Shown: positions 48,798 to 58,300 of the stretch, one piece after another | How positions within the stretch are numbered: position 1 is the first letter of the stretch | Layout of the letters: each line of letters begins with the position of its first letter | NCBI GenBank assembly: GCA_937989675.1 | Contig: CALKRK010000167.1 | Coordinates: 1-60,420, forward strand | DNA: 60,420 nt | DNA from: an uncultured Arenicella sp. | Lineage (GTDB): Bacteria; Pseudomonadota; Gammaproteobacteria; Arenicellales; Arenicellaceae | Direction of reading: 5' to 3' | Program-made: the position numbers and the translations under genes | Notes under the pieces: generated by a model | Seen by the model: only the letters and a program-made list of their open reading frames with translations | The model's database searches: none | Told to the model about the DNA's origin: nothing

Positions 48798-50249
48798 TCA
48801 AAATAGAATAAATAGAGCCACAACAGGGATGGCAATTGCAAGCCCGAGTGAAATTGCCTTACTTCGGTTGTCGCGTCGTTCTATCTCTGTAAAAGACATC
48901 TTGTGATTTTGAACTAACGCAAACGCATGCCTATCGAGTAAACCAAAAGAAAGCTTGTGAAGAATTTCTCGCGCTACGAACCCAATCATCCATAGCTTCA
49001 AACGCCACGGGACTTGGTTATATTGATAAGGATGTACCGTTTGAACTAGTCTTACAAGCGCTGCATTTTCTGGAACTTTCTCTTTTTCATATGTGCTTAA
49101 GGCAACTGCCAGATCATCAGGGTTAGATTCTAAGGTCTTGTCTAGAACAAAAAGGTCTTCTAAAGCGGTGTTAACACCTAGCCCTAGATCTGGAGGGAAA
49201 CTATGCGCAGAGTCCCCTATCAGCACACAATGCAAAGGTTCTTTAGTATTTCCGAGCCGTTCATAGACTCGTTTGCAGTATTGTGGAACAGGGAAACGGC
49301 CCGGTCTCATGTTGGCGAATTCTTCGGCTTCCTCTTCCGAAATTAAAGATCTGACATTAAGCTGGGGTATCGATTGCTCTAAATAATCAAGTAGATCACT
49401 ACCCTTGGTGATTTTCCAAACATTATGATCTGATAATCGAATGAGGTTGATACTGCGAGGTACGTCTGCATTGGCCACTGGTAGAGCGAATAGTGCAAAA
49501 GCATCTTTGGAGCCTTTGTTGCTTGAGACAAAGGCAAACGCCATCTTATGATTATTTACCTCGCCCAAGTCTCCACGGACCTTAAAGTTAGAGGGAAAGT
49601 TAAGAACTTTATATGCAAGATCACTCGCTGGCGATGGGTGCTCGACCATTGAAAAAGAGTCTACCCTCGACAAACGATTAAGCCCGGAACGCACGGCTGA
49701 ATTCAGCCCATCGCAGCCAACAATAAGATCAGGCTTAAAGGTTTGAGATGTCTCATCTGGGTTAATAATGATCGCTTGAACGCTGCCGTCAGGCTCTGTT
49801 TTGAAATCGTCAAAGCTATGCCCATAAAGAAGTTTTATGCGGCCATCTGAATTTCGCTTATCCAGAGCCGCTTGCAACATTTTGATAAAGTCGTTGCGGC
49901 GAGTCCAATACGCTGTGTCGCGATCACGGTCAATAATAGGCGGCTTGACGGTTTTTGAGGTACCGTTTGGTAAAACAAATGTCAGAGTGAAATCGTCATT
50001 GGGTAAGCCATAGTCTTCCAACATTCCCTTAATGCCGAGCTTATGCAGAAGTTGTTGGCCTCGAGGGTCTATTTGGTAATTAAATGCTTTGCCTCTTAAA
50101 AAAGCTGAAGGAGATTCAGCCCTTTCAACTACAACAATTTCATCTGCACCACGGTCATGGAAAAGCATTGCGGCCGCCAATCCACTTGGGCCGGCCCCGC
50201 AAATTAATATTCTTCGCTTTAAGATGGTCATATTAGTGCTATCGCGCAT
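48798..50249 (-). CDS. FAD-dependent monooxygenase (kynurenine 3-monooxygenase-like) with a C-terminal TM helix
   Basis: GAGPSG, GCDGLNSAVR, GDSAHSFPPDLGLGVNTALED; hydrophobic C-terminus. Confidence 0.8.
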   Translation of the reverse strand: MRDSTNMTILKRRILICGAGPSGLAAAMLFHDRGADEIVVVERAESPSAFLRGKAFNYQIDPRGQQLLHKLGIKGMLEDYGLPNDDFTLTFVLPNGTSKTVKPPIIDRDRDTAYWTRRNDFIKMLQAALDKRNSDGRIKLLYGHSFDDFKTEPDGSVQAIIINPDETSQTFKPDLIVGCDGLNSAVRSGLNRLSRVDSFSMVEHPSPASDLAYKVLNFPSNFKVRGDLGEVNNHKMAFAFVSSNKGSKDAFALFALPVANADVPRSINLIRLSDHNVWKITKGSDLLDYLEQSIPQLNVRSLISEEEAEEFANMRPGRFPVPQYCKRVYERLGNTKEPLHCVLIGDSAHSFPPDLGLGVNTALEDLFVLDKTLESNPDDLAVALSTYEKEKVPENAALVRLVQTVHPYQYNQVPWRLKLWMIGFVAREILHKLSFGLLDRHAFALVQNHKMSFTEIERRDNRSKAISLGLAIAIPVVALFILF

Positions 50250-50268
50250 TATGATTGTCTAGTTAAAT

Positions 50269-51414
50269 TTATGAGAACTCTTTACGTATTAATTCGCTGT
50301 GTTCTCCGGCTTTAGGTATCGCGCGTACACTGTCTTTTCCTTTGTCGCCTTCGAGTAAAGTCGATTGCACTGCTGAGGCGATAATTTCGAGAGAACTACC
50401 GTCTTGTAATATCACCTCACGTTCACGCAATTGCGGATGTTTAAGCAAGCCCTCCACTGAGTTCACTCGGCCAAAGGCAATGCTTGCTTGAAACAGCTTT
50501 TCGCACAACTGACTTGTAGTGAGGCTTGCAAAGTTATCTTGCACTATTGCGTCAAGCTCATCGCGATTCTCGACTCTGCGATTATTACTATCGAAGCGGG
50601 GATCAACGGCTATCGTCGAGTCGCCCAAAACCTCAGCACACAGCGTAACCCACTCTCTTTCATTTTGGATTGAGATTGCAACGGTGTCGCCGTCCTGACT
50701 GATAAAACCACCGTATGGCGCTATTGACGGGTGCTGCATGCCAGCGGGTTCTGGTGCGCCAGCACCGTACTTTTCGTGAATTGCCGGTACATTCATCCAA
50801 TCAGCTAAGGTATCGAATAAGGAGACTTTCACTCCTGAACCCACACCACTTCGCTCGCGCGCAAACAACGCTTGTTGAATGCCTGCTAAAGCGTTCAGAC
50901 CCGCACCGATATCACATACCGACACACCGACACGGCCAGGGGCTTCAGGTGCACCACTTATCGAAACCAAACCCGTTTCGCATTGTAGTAAGAAGTCATA
51001 CGCCTTCATTTTTTGGTACGAGCCAGTATCGCCATAACCTGATATGTCACACGTGATGAGTTGTGGAAATTGCGCGCGTAGTTCGTCAGAGCCAAAGCCC
51101 AAGCGTTGCGTTGCACCCGGTGCCAAATTTTGGATAAACACATCTGACTTAGCGACAATACGCTTTAACAAAGCTTGGTCTCCTTTATCTTTAAGGTCCA
51201 GCTCGAGCGATTCTTTACCTTGATTGACCCACACAAAATAAGATGACTCACCACCTGCCGCAACATCGTAGTTTCTAGCAAAGTCGCCACCCGCGCGTTC
51301 TACTTTAATAACACGGGCACCAGCCTCGGCTAAACGCGAGGTACAAAACGGTGCCGCCACCGCTTGCTCTAACGCGATTACCGTTATGCCATCAAAAGGA
51401 AGTTTGTTATTCAT
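50269..51414 (-). CDS. Class III (CaiB/BaiF) CoA-transferase
   Basis: EQAVAAPF, GARVIKVER, NQGKES, QNLAPGA, ISGYG, D169-type motif CDIGAG. Confidence 0.92.
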   Translation of the reverse strand: MNNKLPFDGITVIALEQAVAAPFCTSRLAEAGARVIKVERAGGDFARNYDVAAGGESSYFVWVNQGKESLELDLKDKGDQALLKRIVAKSDVFIQNLAPGATQRLGFGSDELRAQFPQLITCDISGYGDTGSYQKMKAYDFLLQCETGLVSISGAPEAPGRVGVSVCDIGAGLNALAGIQQALFARERSGVGSGVKVSLFDTLADWMNVPAIHEKYGAGAPEPAGMQHPSIAPYGGFISQDGDTVAISIQNEREWVTLCAEVLGDSTIAVDPRFDSNNRRVENRDELDAIVQDNFASLTTSQLCEKLFQASIAFGRVNSVEGLLKHPQLREREVILQDGSSLEIIASAVQSTLLEGDKGKDSVRAIPKAGEHSELIRKEFS

Positions 51415-51432
51415 ATCCAATTTTTTATTAGC

Positions 51433-52695
51433 TTAGTGATCAGGTGCCTGCATTTCCAGCATCGCCAGCACGCGTTCCATTTCATTATTCACAATGTGCA
51501 TACCCTCATCAAACCCCATTCCCGGCTTTACCAGCAAACGCGCTGGCTGGCTGGCCATAGCAATATGCACGCAGGCCCGCGCCGACACATCTGTTTCGTT
51601 ACAAGTACCGCCTTGATACGCAGCCACCCCTTTTTCCTTACAGTACAATACAGCCTCAACAACGTTGTGAATGCAACCAAGATCCGGCGTTTTAATTTGC
51701 ACCATATGACAACATTTAGCATCGACAAAATTTACGATGTCTTGTTTGGTATTACACCATTCGTCCGCGACAATAAAGAGCCCTTCTAAATCTCGATCTA
51801 TTCGATCTTTAATTTGCCCAAGCACATTGATTTGCGCGTCTACTGAACCCATATCGATTGGGCCCTCAACGTATAAATTTAGATCTCCAGCTGCGGCCTT
51901 TAACTGCCGCAAATAATTATCGATCTTATCAAGGTCGTCTTCAAATAACTTACCAATAGTGCCATAGACATCAATGTGTAGATCGGGCTTGTAACCATCA
52001 TCAAGGTTGGCCAACAAAGCTACTTTATCGACACGACTAACTATCCATTGGATATATTCGATTAACTTCTCACCCTGATAACCAAGCTTATCTGGGATAT
52101 TGTTAATTAAGCCATGAGGCAGTGCATCTACGCGTTTCATCAACATTTTGTCGACGGATGCGTATCGATCATCGCCACTTTGGGCAAATAGCGCAACACG
52201 AGATTTCGGTATAGCTAAATCGTAGGCGTCACAAATAACTTCGACCTTTAGTCTATTGCTTGATAGAGCGGCTGCTTCCAATAATGCTTGGCTAATGCCA
52301 TAACGAATTGCCGTGTGTAATACTTGGTCGTCTATTCGTAAGCTTTCAACTTTTCGACTATTTGATAGAAAATTTCTCGCGTCCATACCAATCATCATTG
52401 GTTTCACTTGGCGGTCTAACATTCTCAAATAGTGCTCTGCTAGAAAAAGAGGATCACGACCGCCTGCACCTGAATATTGCACAGCGCAACAATCGCCAAC
52501 GGCATATTGCCCATTCTCTAATTGCAATATCACGCTAATGACTTCTCCACGCTGACGCACGGCGTTGAACCCGGGAGTTACGGGCTGGCCAAGATAGATA
52601 AAACCATCTTGTTTTGCGCCTTGCTTAATTGCGGACTGATCATCGAAGTAATACGAAGAGAGGCCCGCAACGAAGGATACATTTACAATTTTCAT
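51433..52695 (-). CDS. mal: Methylaspartate ammonia-lyase
   Basis: DDQ.AI, GDC.AVQYSGAGGRDPLF, HTAIRYG, LPHGLINN, HIDVYG, EGP, ADEWCN, QIKTPDLG, GGTCNETD; ATG at 52695. Confidence 0.93.
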   Translation of the reverse strand: MKIVNVSFVAGLSSYYFDDQSAIKQGAKQDGFIYLGQPVTPGFNAVRQRGEVISVILQLENGQYAVGDCCAVQYSGAGGRDPLFLAEHYLRMLDRQVKPMMIGMDARNFLSNSRKVESLRIDDQVLHTAIRYGISQALLEAAALSSNRLKVEVICDAYDLAIPKSRVALFAQSGDDRYASVDKMLMKRVDALPHGLINNIPDKLGYQGEKLIEYIQWIVSRVDKVALLANLDDGYKPDLHIDVYGTIGKLFEDDLDKIDNYLRQLKAAAGDLNLYVEGPIDMGSVDAQINVLGQIKDRIDRDLEGLFIVADEWCNTKQDIVNFVDAKCCHMVQIKTPDLGCIHNVVEAVLYCKEKGVAAYQGGTCNETDVSARACVHIAMASQPARLLVKPGMGFDEGMHIVNNEMERVLAMLEMQAPDH

Positions 52696-53045
52696 AGGGT
52701 TCGCGCTTACACCTTTAGCTCGGGCCAACCGCTGTTAAACATATTGCACGTATTATCCGCGAATGTGCGAGAGCGGCGCATATTCGCCGAACCGATATAG
52801 ACAATGTTCATACGATTTAACTTTTAATTTTAGCTTTAGATAGTCGCACCTTTTGAGTAAGTTTTCCCTTGAGTAATGCTTATGGATGTTTGTTTAAGAT
52901 TGATAGGAATACGGGCTTCAAATATCCGTTTGCCTTACTTCAACAGGATGAATATCCTTGTTATCAGCTCGCTTATCAATTTCGAGTACCTAGCTCTACC
53001 TTTAAGTTCAAACCTGTTTGAATTTTTTACTAAAAAATATTACTT

Positions 53046-53948
53046 ATGAAGTTCAATTCACTGTCGATCGAGGGGATACAAGTTCTTATCGCTCGAGACG
53101 ACCTAAATCACCCCACTGTCTCTGGGAACAAACTGCATAAGCTAATACCGAACCTTGAACTGGCTAAAACTCAAAACTGCTCCACCATTTTGAGTTTCGG
53201 CGGCCCGTATTCTAACCACCTGCATGCACTTGCTTGGGCGTGCAAAGAATCCGATCTATCGAGTATTGGAGTAGTACGAGGCGAACTGCACGCAAACTTA
53301 ACTCCAACACTTAGCGACTGCAAAAAGTGGGGTATGCAACTAGTGCCATCGCAGCGCAAAGATTACCGTGCCTATCAAGATACATTGTCCGCATTTGCTG
53401 GGCCGCGCCTAGCCAGCGAACTTCCCTTTGGTACTTTTTCTGATCAACCTGAGAACACACTCGTTATCCCAGAAGGCGGTAGCAACAAGATAGCGATTGA
53501 TTCTCTCTACGACGCTTATAAGAAGGTGTTTAGTTCTGAGCTCGGCAAGAAAACTACCCATGCCATATGTGCAACAGGTACTGGCGCAACCCTCACCGGC
53601 ATTTTCAAGGCTGCGCCAGACAGTGTTCAAGTGATAGGGATTCAAGCTGTCGCCGAAGGCGAAGCGACGCTGAAGCGAATCCAAAGCTGGTTAAACAGTG
53701 AGCCCAGCCGCCTCACAATATCGCAAGGCCACCTTGGAGGCTTTGGAAAAATACCTTCTGAGCTACTCGAATTTATAAAGGAATTTGAGGCCCAACATAA
53801 CATCCCCCTAGACCCTATTTACAATGGCAAAGCGATGTTCAAAATCGTGCAAATGATTAAAGCTGGCGACTTTAAGCAGAGCGATCAAATATTGTTCTTC
53901 CACACCGGTGGACTGCAAGGGAAGAGAGGCATCATTCTAAAAGATTGA
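53046..53948 (+). CDS. ACC deaminase / D-cysteine desulfhydrase family PLP enzyme
   Basis: SGNKLHKL (PLP Lys), FGGPYSNH, IPEGG, GTGAT, LDPIYNGK, HTGGLQG. Confidence 0.9.
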   Translation: MKFNSLSIEGIQVLIARDDLNHPTVSGNKLHKLIPNLELAKTQNCSTILSFGGPYSNHLHALAWACKESDLSSIGVVRGELHANLTPTLSDCKKWGMQLVPSQRKDYRAYQDTLSAFAGPRLASELPFGTFSDQPENTLVIPEGGSNKIAIDSLYDAYKKVFSSELGKKTTHAICATGTGATLTGIFKAAPDSVQVIGIQAVAEGEATLKRIQSWLNSEPSRLTISQGHLGGFGKIPSELLEFIKEFEAQHNIPLDPIYNGKAMFKIVQMIKAGDFKQSDQILFFHTGGLQGKRGIILKD

Positions 53949-54257
53949 AACTGGGTAAGTATTTCATCGCCACCAGACACAATAACTAGGATAATAGATG
54001 CTAAGCATGTGGTGTGTTTATTTAAGCTGACTTGTTTTGATCCAGGTTTTCAAAAAGACTAGAAAGGAACAATTCTGTCCTTAGTTGCAGATGGCACAGT
54101 CCATCGATCTTGAGTACTGAGTGATGTGCTCAAAGAAAGTCCTGGTGAGGGTACCTGCATGCGATCGCCATAGAGCCAAAGAATCATTATCAACGAATAT
54201 AGGTTTATGTAGACTTTATCTCTGAGTTATCAAGCCCTAATTTCGAGGATAAAAACG

Positions 54258-55105
54258 ATGAACTACGAGAGCTTCAAAACCTTTACTGCCGCTGAAGAAG
54301 GTGTGTCTTAACCGTAACAATTGATTTTCCACCCGTGAATGTTCAGGGTCAAGCAATGCTTGAGGATCTAAATTCACTAGCGACGAGGCTTGAGCGCGAG
54401 CGCGTGATTAAAGTTGTGGTCTTTCAGTAAGCTCACCCTGAAATCTGGGTCTGTCACTACGATACCGAATTACTCAAAGATATGTCGTCTGAGGCTGTAT
54501 CCAGAGAGGAAGTCAAATTGTTAGACCTTCAAGCCGGGTTAGAGCGTATTAGTCGAGTTCATCAAGCAACCATTGCAAAGACCGAGGGCTTTGCACGTGG
54601 CGGTGGACACAAATTTGTTATGGCATGTGATGTGCGTTTTGCGGCACGCGGTAAATATAAGTTCATGCAAATGGAAGTTGGCATGGACATACTGCCTTGC
54701 GGAGGCGGCGCATCTAGAATGGCTCGTCAGGTTGGTTTAGACCGTGCGCTTGAAATTATTCTCAGCGCCCGAGACTTCGATGCGAATGAAGCGGAAGCTT
54801 GTGGCACGATTAACAAGGCTCTTGACCCGGATCAGATTGGTGATTACGTTAACACACTGGCAAAGAGAATTGCCCAATTTCCTGCCGATTCGATTAATGC
54901 GTGCAAACAAACTGTTTATGAATCTATCGATAAACCGATCAATGAAGCGCTTAAAGCTTAAGCCTATTGGCTATATCAGACGACCAGCAAAACACCTGCA
55001 TTAGCTCGCTTTAGCTGGGCCGATAAGCAGGGCGCGCAACTTAATATGGACAATCAAAGGAACTGGGAAAAAATGGTAATAGACATTCAGCTTATTAATG
55101 ATTGA
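54258..55105 (+). pseudogene. Enoyl-CoA hydratase/isomerase family pseudogene
   Basis: GAGGA RBS and ATG at 54258 (MNYESFKTF); frameshift near 54301-54306; in-frame TAA at 54428 (KVVVFQ*AHPEIW) and at 54959 (EALKA*AYWLYQ); homologous frame continues to TGA at 55103. Crotonase motifs PPVN, ARGGG, ACDVRFA, PCGGG. Confidence 0.85.
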
Positions 55106-55181
55106 TTATCGCTAACTGAATTCGCATGGCCCAACTTTGATATTGGCCGATCGAAATAGAACATGAACTAGGAACTTAAAT

Positions 55182-55985
55182 ATGAAAAATACTATTTTAA
55201 TTACTGGCTCTACAGACGGTATAGGTAAAGCAACTGCGCAGTCGTTAGTAGACCAAGGCCATACCGTTCTGATTCATGGGCGCAGTCAAAACAAGCTCGA
55301 CACAGTCAAAGCTGAACTAGATCAACGCAACGCATCAGCGGACGTCGAAGCTTATGCGGCAGACTTATCTGACTTCGCTCAGGTTGGACAGTTAGCGTCG
55401 GCTGTATTAAACAATCATCAACACATTGATGTATTAATTAACAATGCCGGTGTTTTCAAAGTACCCAATAAAACAGCCGGTAACGGTATCGATATTCGCT
55501 TTGTGGTCAATACCATCGCTCCATACCTGCTCACGCTAAAGTTACTTGAGTGCCTAGGAGCTTCAGGTCGTGTAATTAACCTATCGTCCGCTGCGCAAGC
55601 GCCTGTAGACACTGCAGCATTAGGCGAGAAAAACCGTTTAGATGATAGCCAAGCCTATGCGCAAAGCAAGTTGGCGCTAACTATGTGGTCGCGTAGTCTC
55701 GCTGATAAATTGGGTAAGCAAGGGCCTGCGATTATCGCGGTAAACCCTGCGTCTTTTTTGGGTAGCAATATGGTTAAAGAAGCGTATGGAACGCAAGGCA
55801 AAGACGTGCAAATAGGGGTTGATATTTTAGTTAGAGCATCTCTTTCAGACGATTTTGCTTCAGCATCGGGTTTGTATTATGACAACGATAAAGGCGCATT
55901 CAGTGACCCTCACCCTGATGCCTTAGACCCCATCAAGAATAACGCCGTTACTGAACGGGTCGAAGAAATTCTGGCTCGATATTAA
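55182..55985 (+). CDS. Short-chain dehydrogenase/reductase
   Basis: TGSTDGIG, LINNAG, YAQSK. Confidence 0.92.
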   Translation: MKNTILITGSTDGIGKATAQSLVDQGHTVLIHGRSQNKLDTVKAELDQRNASADVEAYAADLSDFAQVGQLASAVLNNHQHIDVLINNAGVFKVPNKTAGNGIDIRFVVNTIAPYLLTLKLLECLGASGRVINLSSAAQAPVDTAALGEKNRLDDSQAYAQSKLALTMWSRSLADKLGKQGPAIIAVNPASFLGSNMVKEAYGTQGKDVQIGVDILVRASLSDDFASASGLYYDNDKGAFSDPHPDALDPIKNNAVTERVEEILARY

Positions 55986-56318
55986 ACACTGCTTAGAAAC
56001 GTTTCATTCGATAAACCTTTAGACCATTCAACATCAGGAAGAAACTGTGGTAAGCAATAGCCCTTCTTACTATACGAATCCCCAGAGTTTAAAGCTTCAC
56101 TCTACCAACGCTTGGTCTAGAACGTTAAGTGACTTGTTATCATATTTCCCAATACGGCCGATCTCCGTATAAGTCTACGAAAAAGTCGATAAAGGCTCGC
56201 ACCTTTGGTGCGGCCAGACGTTAACTGGGGTAGACCGCCCAGATATCAGTGTCGTTCACAATTGGGTAATTTTCTAGTACTTGTACAAGTTCACCCGTTT
56301 GAGTTGTTCATGCGATCT

Positions 56319-57575
56319 TTAGTTGATGAAGGTTTGCTTGCAGGGGTTGTGACCATTGGAGCTCGTCGAAATAGGAGAACGCTCATGATAAAAATCTGTT
56401 ACTAGTAACCAGAGCTGTTGTCCCATTGGACCTTCTTGTATATCAAATCCACCTATTGAGACAGTTCCATTATCCAAAGGTCGGACTACACGCCCAAATT
56501 GACGACCTGAAGTCTCTAGGATGTTCTTTTTTATCTCGCATCCATCGAAAGAAAAAGACACGAGCAATGGGTCATAATCTGTCGTTTGTCCCTTTACCGT
56601 TCCGATAGCGATGAATTTGCCATTATTGCTTGGTTCGAGTGCTGATAGGATGTCATATCCATCGTGTCTCAGTTCTCGTCCCCATATGACTGAACCTTCA
56701 GGGGACAGGCCGCCAACCCAGGAATTGTGCTCGTTGAGTTTCCAATCGCGCGTATAACCTGCCACTGCCAATTGATTATTTGGTGCACGTGCAATGCCTC
56801 GCAAAGCAAAAAGGTTTTCAGTCTCTACCACACGAGACCATTCAAGTTTCCCGCCGGGGTTTATTTTGACTATCCATGGACGCGCTGGTTTTTCAGGGTT
56901 CGTACTGTGCTTCATAAGCATACCTACGCCAACCACACTACCATCATCAAGCATGGTCAAATCTTGCAATACATCTGGACTATTTGGCTCACCGATTCGG
57001 TGTTGCCATTCAACTTCAAATCTTGGAGATAGCTTGGCAATCCAACCTTGGTAATCCCCATTCGCATGACTGGCACTTTCTCCAGCGAGCATGTATCCAC
57101 CATCGGGTGTTGGTCTCATGACCTCAATTAAATCCGGGCCCTCACCGCCGATTTTAACTTCTTGCTCAATATTCCCTTCCGACGACAGCAGCATAATAAC
57201 CGCTTGTCCTGGGTCAGTATCAATCGGATATTCTTCAACAACAATGACTATTTTTCCATTATCGATCTCGATCACATTGGAGACACGATTCTCCCCGTTG
57301 GTAAGAATCGTCTTATCCCAGCGAATATGCCCTTGGCTAGAGACATTTACCAGGTAACCTTTCCCCACGTGGCCTGGTTTTTGCTGGTCTAACCAGCCTC
57401 CAAGAATATAACCACCATCTCGGAGAGCAATCATTGCTCGCAATCCGTCTTTGCCAACGCCTCCGTATGACATGTTTATAGAATGCAGCCGTTCCGTTGA
57501 TTGAGCAGATATCGACACAGGGCTAAAAACCAGCGTGAGGAAAACCAATAGGGCGATTGTTTTGAATGTGATCAC
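56319..57575 (-). CDS. Exported repeat protein, probable beta-propeller
   Basis: Signal peptide (...SISA-Q); about 7 repeats of ~50 aa resembling D.L......DGG..LAG...W..K....G...W. Confidence 0.7.
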   Translation of the reverse strand: MITFKTIALLVFLTLVFSPVSISAQSTERLHSINMSYGGVGKDGLRAMIALRDGGYILGGWLDQQKPGHVGKGYLVNVSSQGHIRWDKTILTNGENRVSNVIEIDNGKIVIVVEEYPIDTDPGQAVIMLLSSEGNIEQEVKIGGEGPDLIEVMRPTPDGGYMLAGESASHANGDYQGWIAKLSPRFEVEWQHRIGEPNSPDVLQDLTMLDDGSVVGVGMLMKHSTNPEKPARPWIVKINPGGKLEWSRVVETENLFALRGIARAPNNQLAVAGYTRDWKLNEHNSWVGGLSPEGSVIWGRELRHDGYDILSALEPSNNGKFIAIGTVKGQTTDYDPLLVSFSFDGCEIKKNILETSGRQFGRVVRPLDNGTVSIGGFDIQEGPMGQQLWLLVTDFYHERSPISTSSNGHNPCKQTFIN

Positions 57576-57677
57576 GCAGATTTACCTCTTAGAAGAGTGC
57601 GACCTTGAAAAACAGCCAAAACACAGATACTGGGAATTCAAGCGGCTATTATTAGCTGATATCAATTGCGCAAATAA

Positions 57678-57695
57678 ATAATGATATATCATTAT
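57678..57695. promoter_or_regulatory. Perfect 18 bp palindrome ATAATGATATATCATTAT in a divergent promoter
   Basis: Seen directly, between the divergent genes at 57575(-) and RidA(+). Confidence 0.6.
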
Positions 57696-57802
57696 ACTTA
57701 TAATTCAATTAGTATTGAACCACGTGATCGTAAAGATCAACAATGCTCAATTTAGAGAACTGTTTTGAAATACAAAACACTCGCTTCCCGATGAGGCCAA
57801 CT

Positions 57803-58267
57803 ATGCGTTTACTACCGATATCTTTAGTTTTACTCTTACAAGCATTGTTCTGTAACCCGAGTTACTCGAATGAGTTACGAGACCAGCAGAGCGATCTCTC
57901 TTTTATTGCCAATGATGCTTTAAAGGAGAGCGGATTTCCTCTGTCAAGCGCCGTTGAGGTAGATGGTTGGGTATTCCTTTCAGGTGCGCTTGGTACGGTA
58001 CCGGGTAAAGGATTTGTCGAAAGGGGAATCGCACCGGAAACTCGGCAAACAATGAAAAACATTCAGTCACTTCTTCTAAATCAAGGACTTGGTATGGACA
58101 GGATAGTCAAATGTACGGTTATGCTCGCAGACATGTCAGACTGGTCCGCCTTCAATGACGTATATAAAGAATTTTTTGATGGAGAGTATCCGGCACGAAG
58201 CGCTTTTGGCGCCAATGGTTTGGCAGCTGAAGCCCGTGTTGAAGTCGAGTGTATTGCGCGCAGATAA
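57803..58267 (+). CDS. RidA/YjgF family protein with a predicted signal peptide
   Basis: PLSSAV, LSG, VKCTVMLADM, FN.VY, YPARSA (catalytic Arg), VEVECIA; leader MRLLPISLVLLLQALFCNPSYS (upstream ATGs at 57743 and 57791 are possible). Confidence 0.85.
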   Translation: MRLLPISLVLLLQALFCNPSYSNELRDQQSDLSFIANDALKESGFPLSSAVEVDGWVFLSGALGTVPGKGFVERGIAPETRQTMKNIQSLLLNQGLGMDRIVKCTVMLADMSDWSAFNDVYKEFFDGEYPARSAFGANGLAAEARVEVECIARR

Positions 58268-58300
58268 ATGGTCAGTTTATTTCCTTAGAGTTGCTGTAGT

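Noticed and set aside
52800-52820. Second copy of the GntR palindrome (CATACGATTT) upstream of mal
   Set aside because: Only a half-site matches; too weak.
54482-54961. Intact 159 aa enoyl-CoA hydratase
   Set aside because: It is an internal fragment of a pseudogene; homologous coding sequence continues on both sides of stop codons.
56190-56235. Hairpin CGCACC-TTT-GGTGCG followed by GTTAAC as a possible integron attC
   Set aside because: No matching inverse core site, no cassette array and no integrase.
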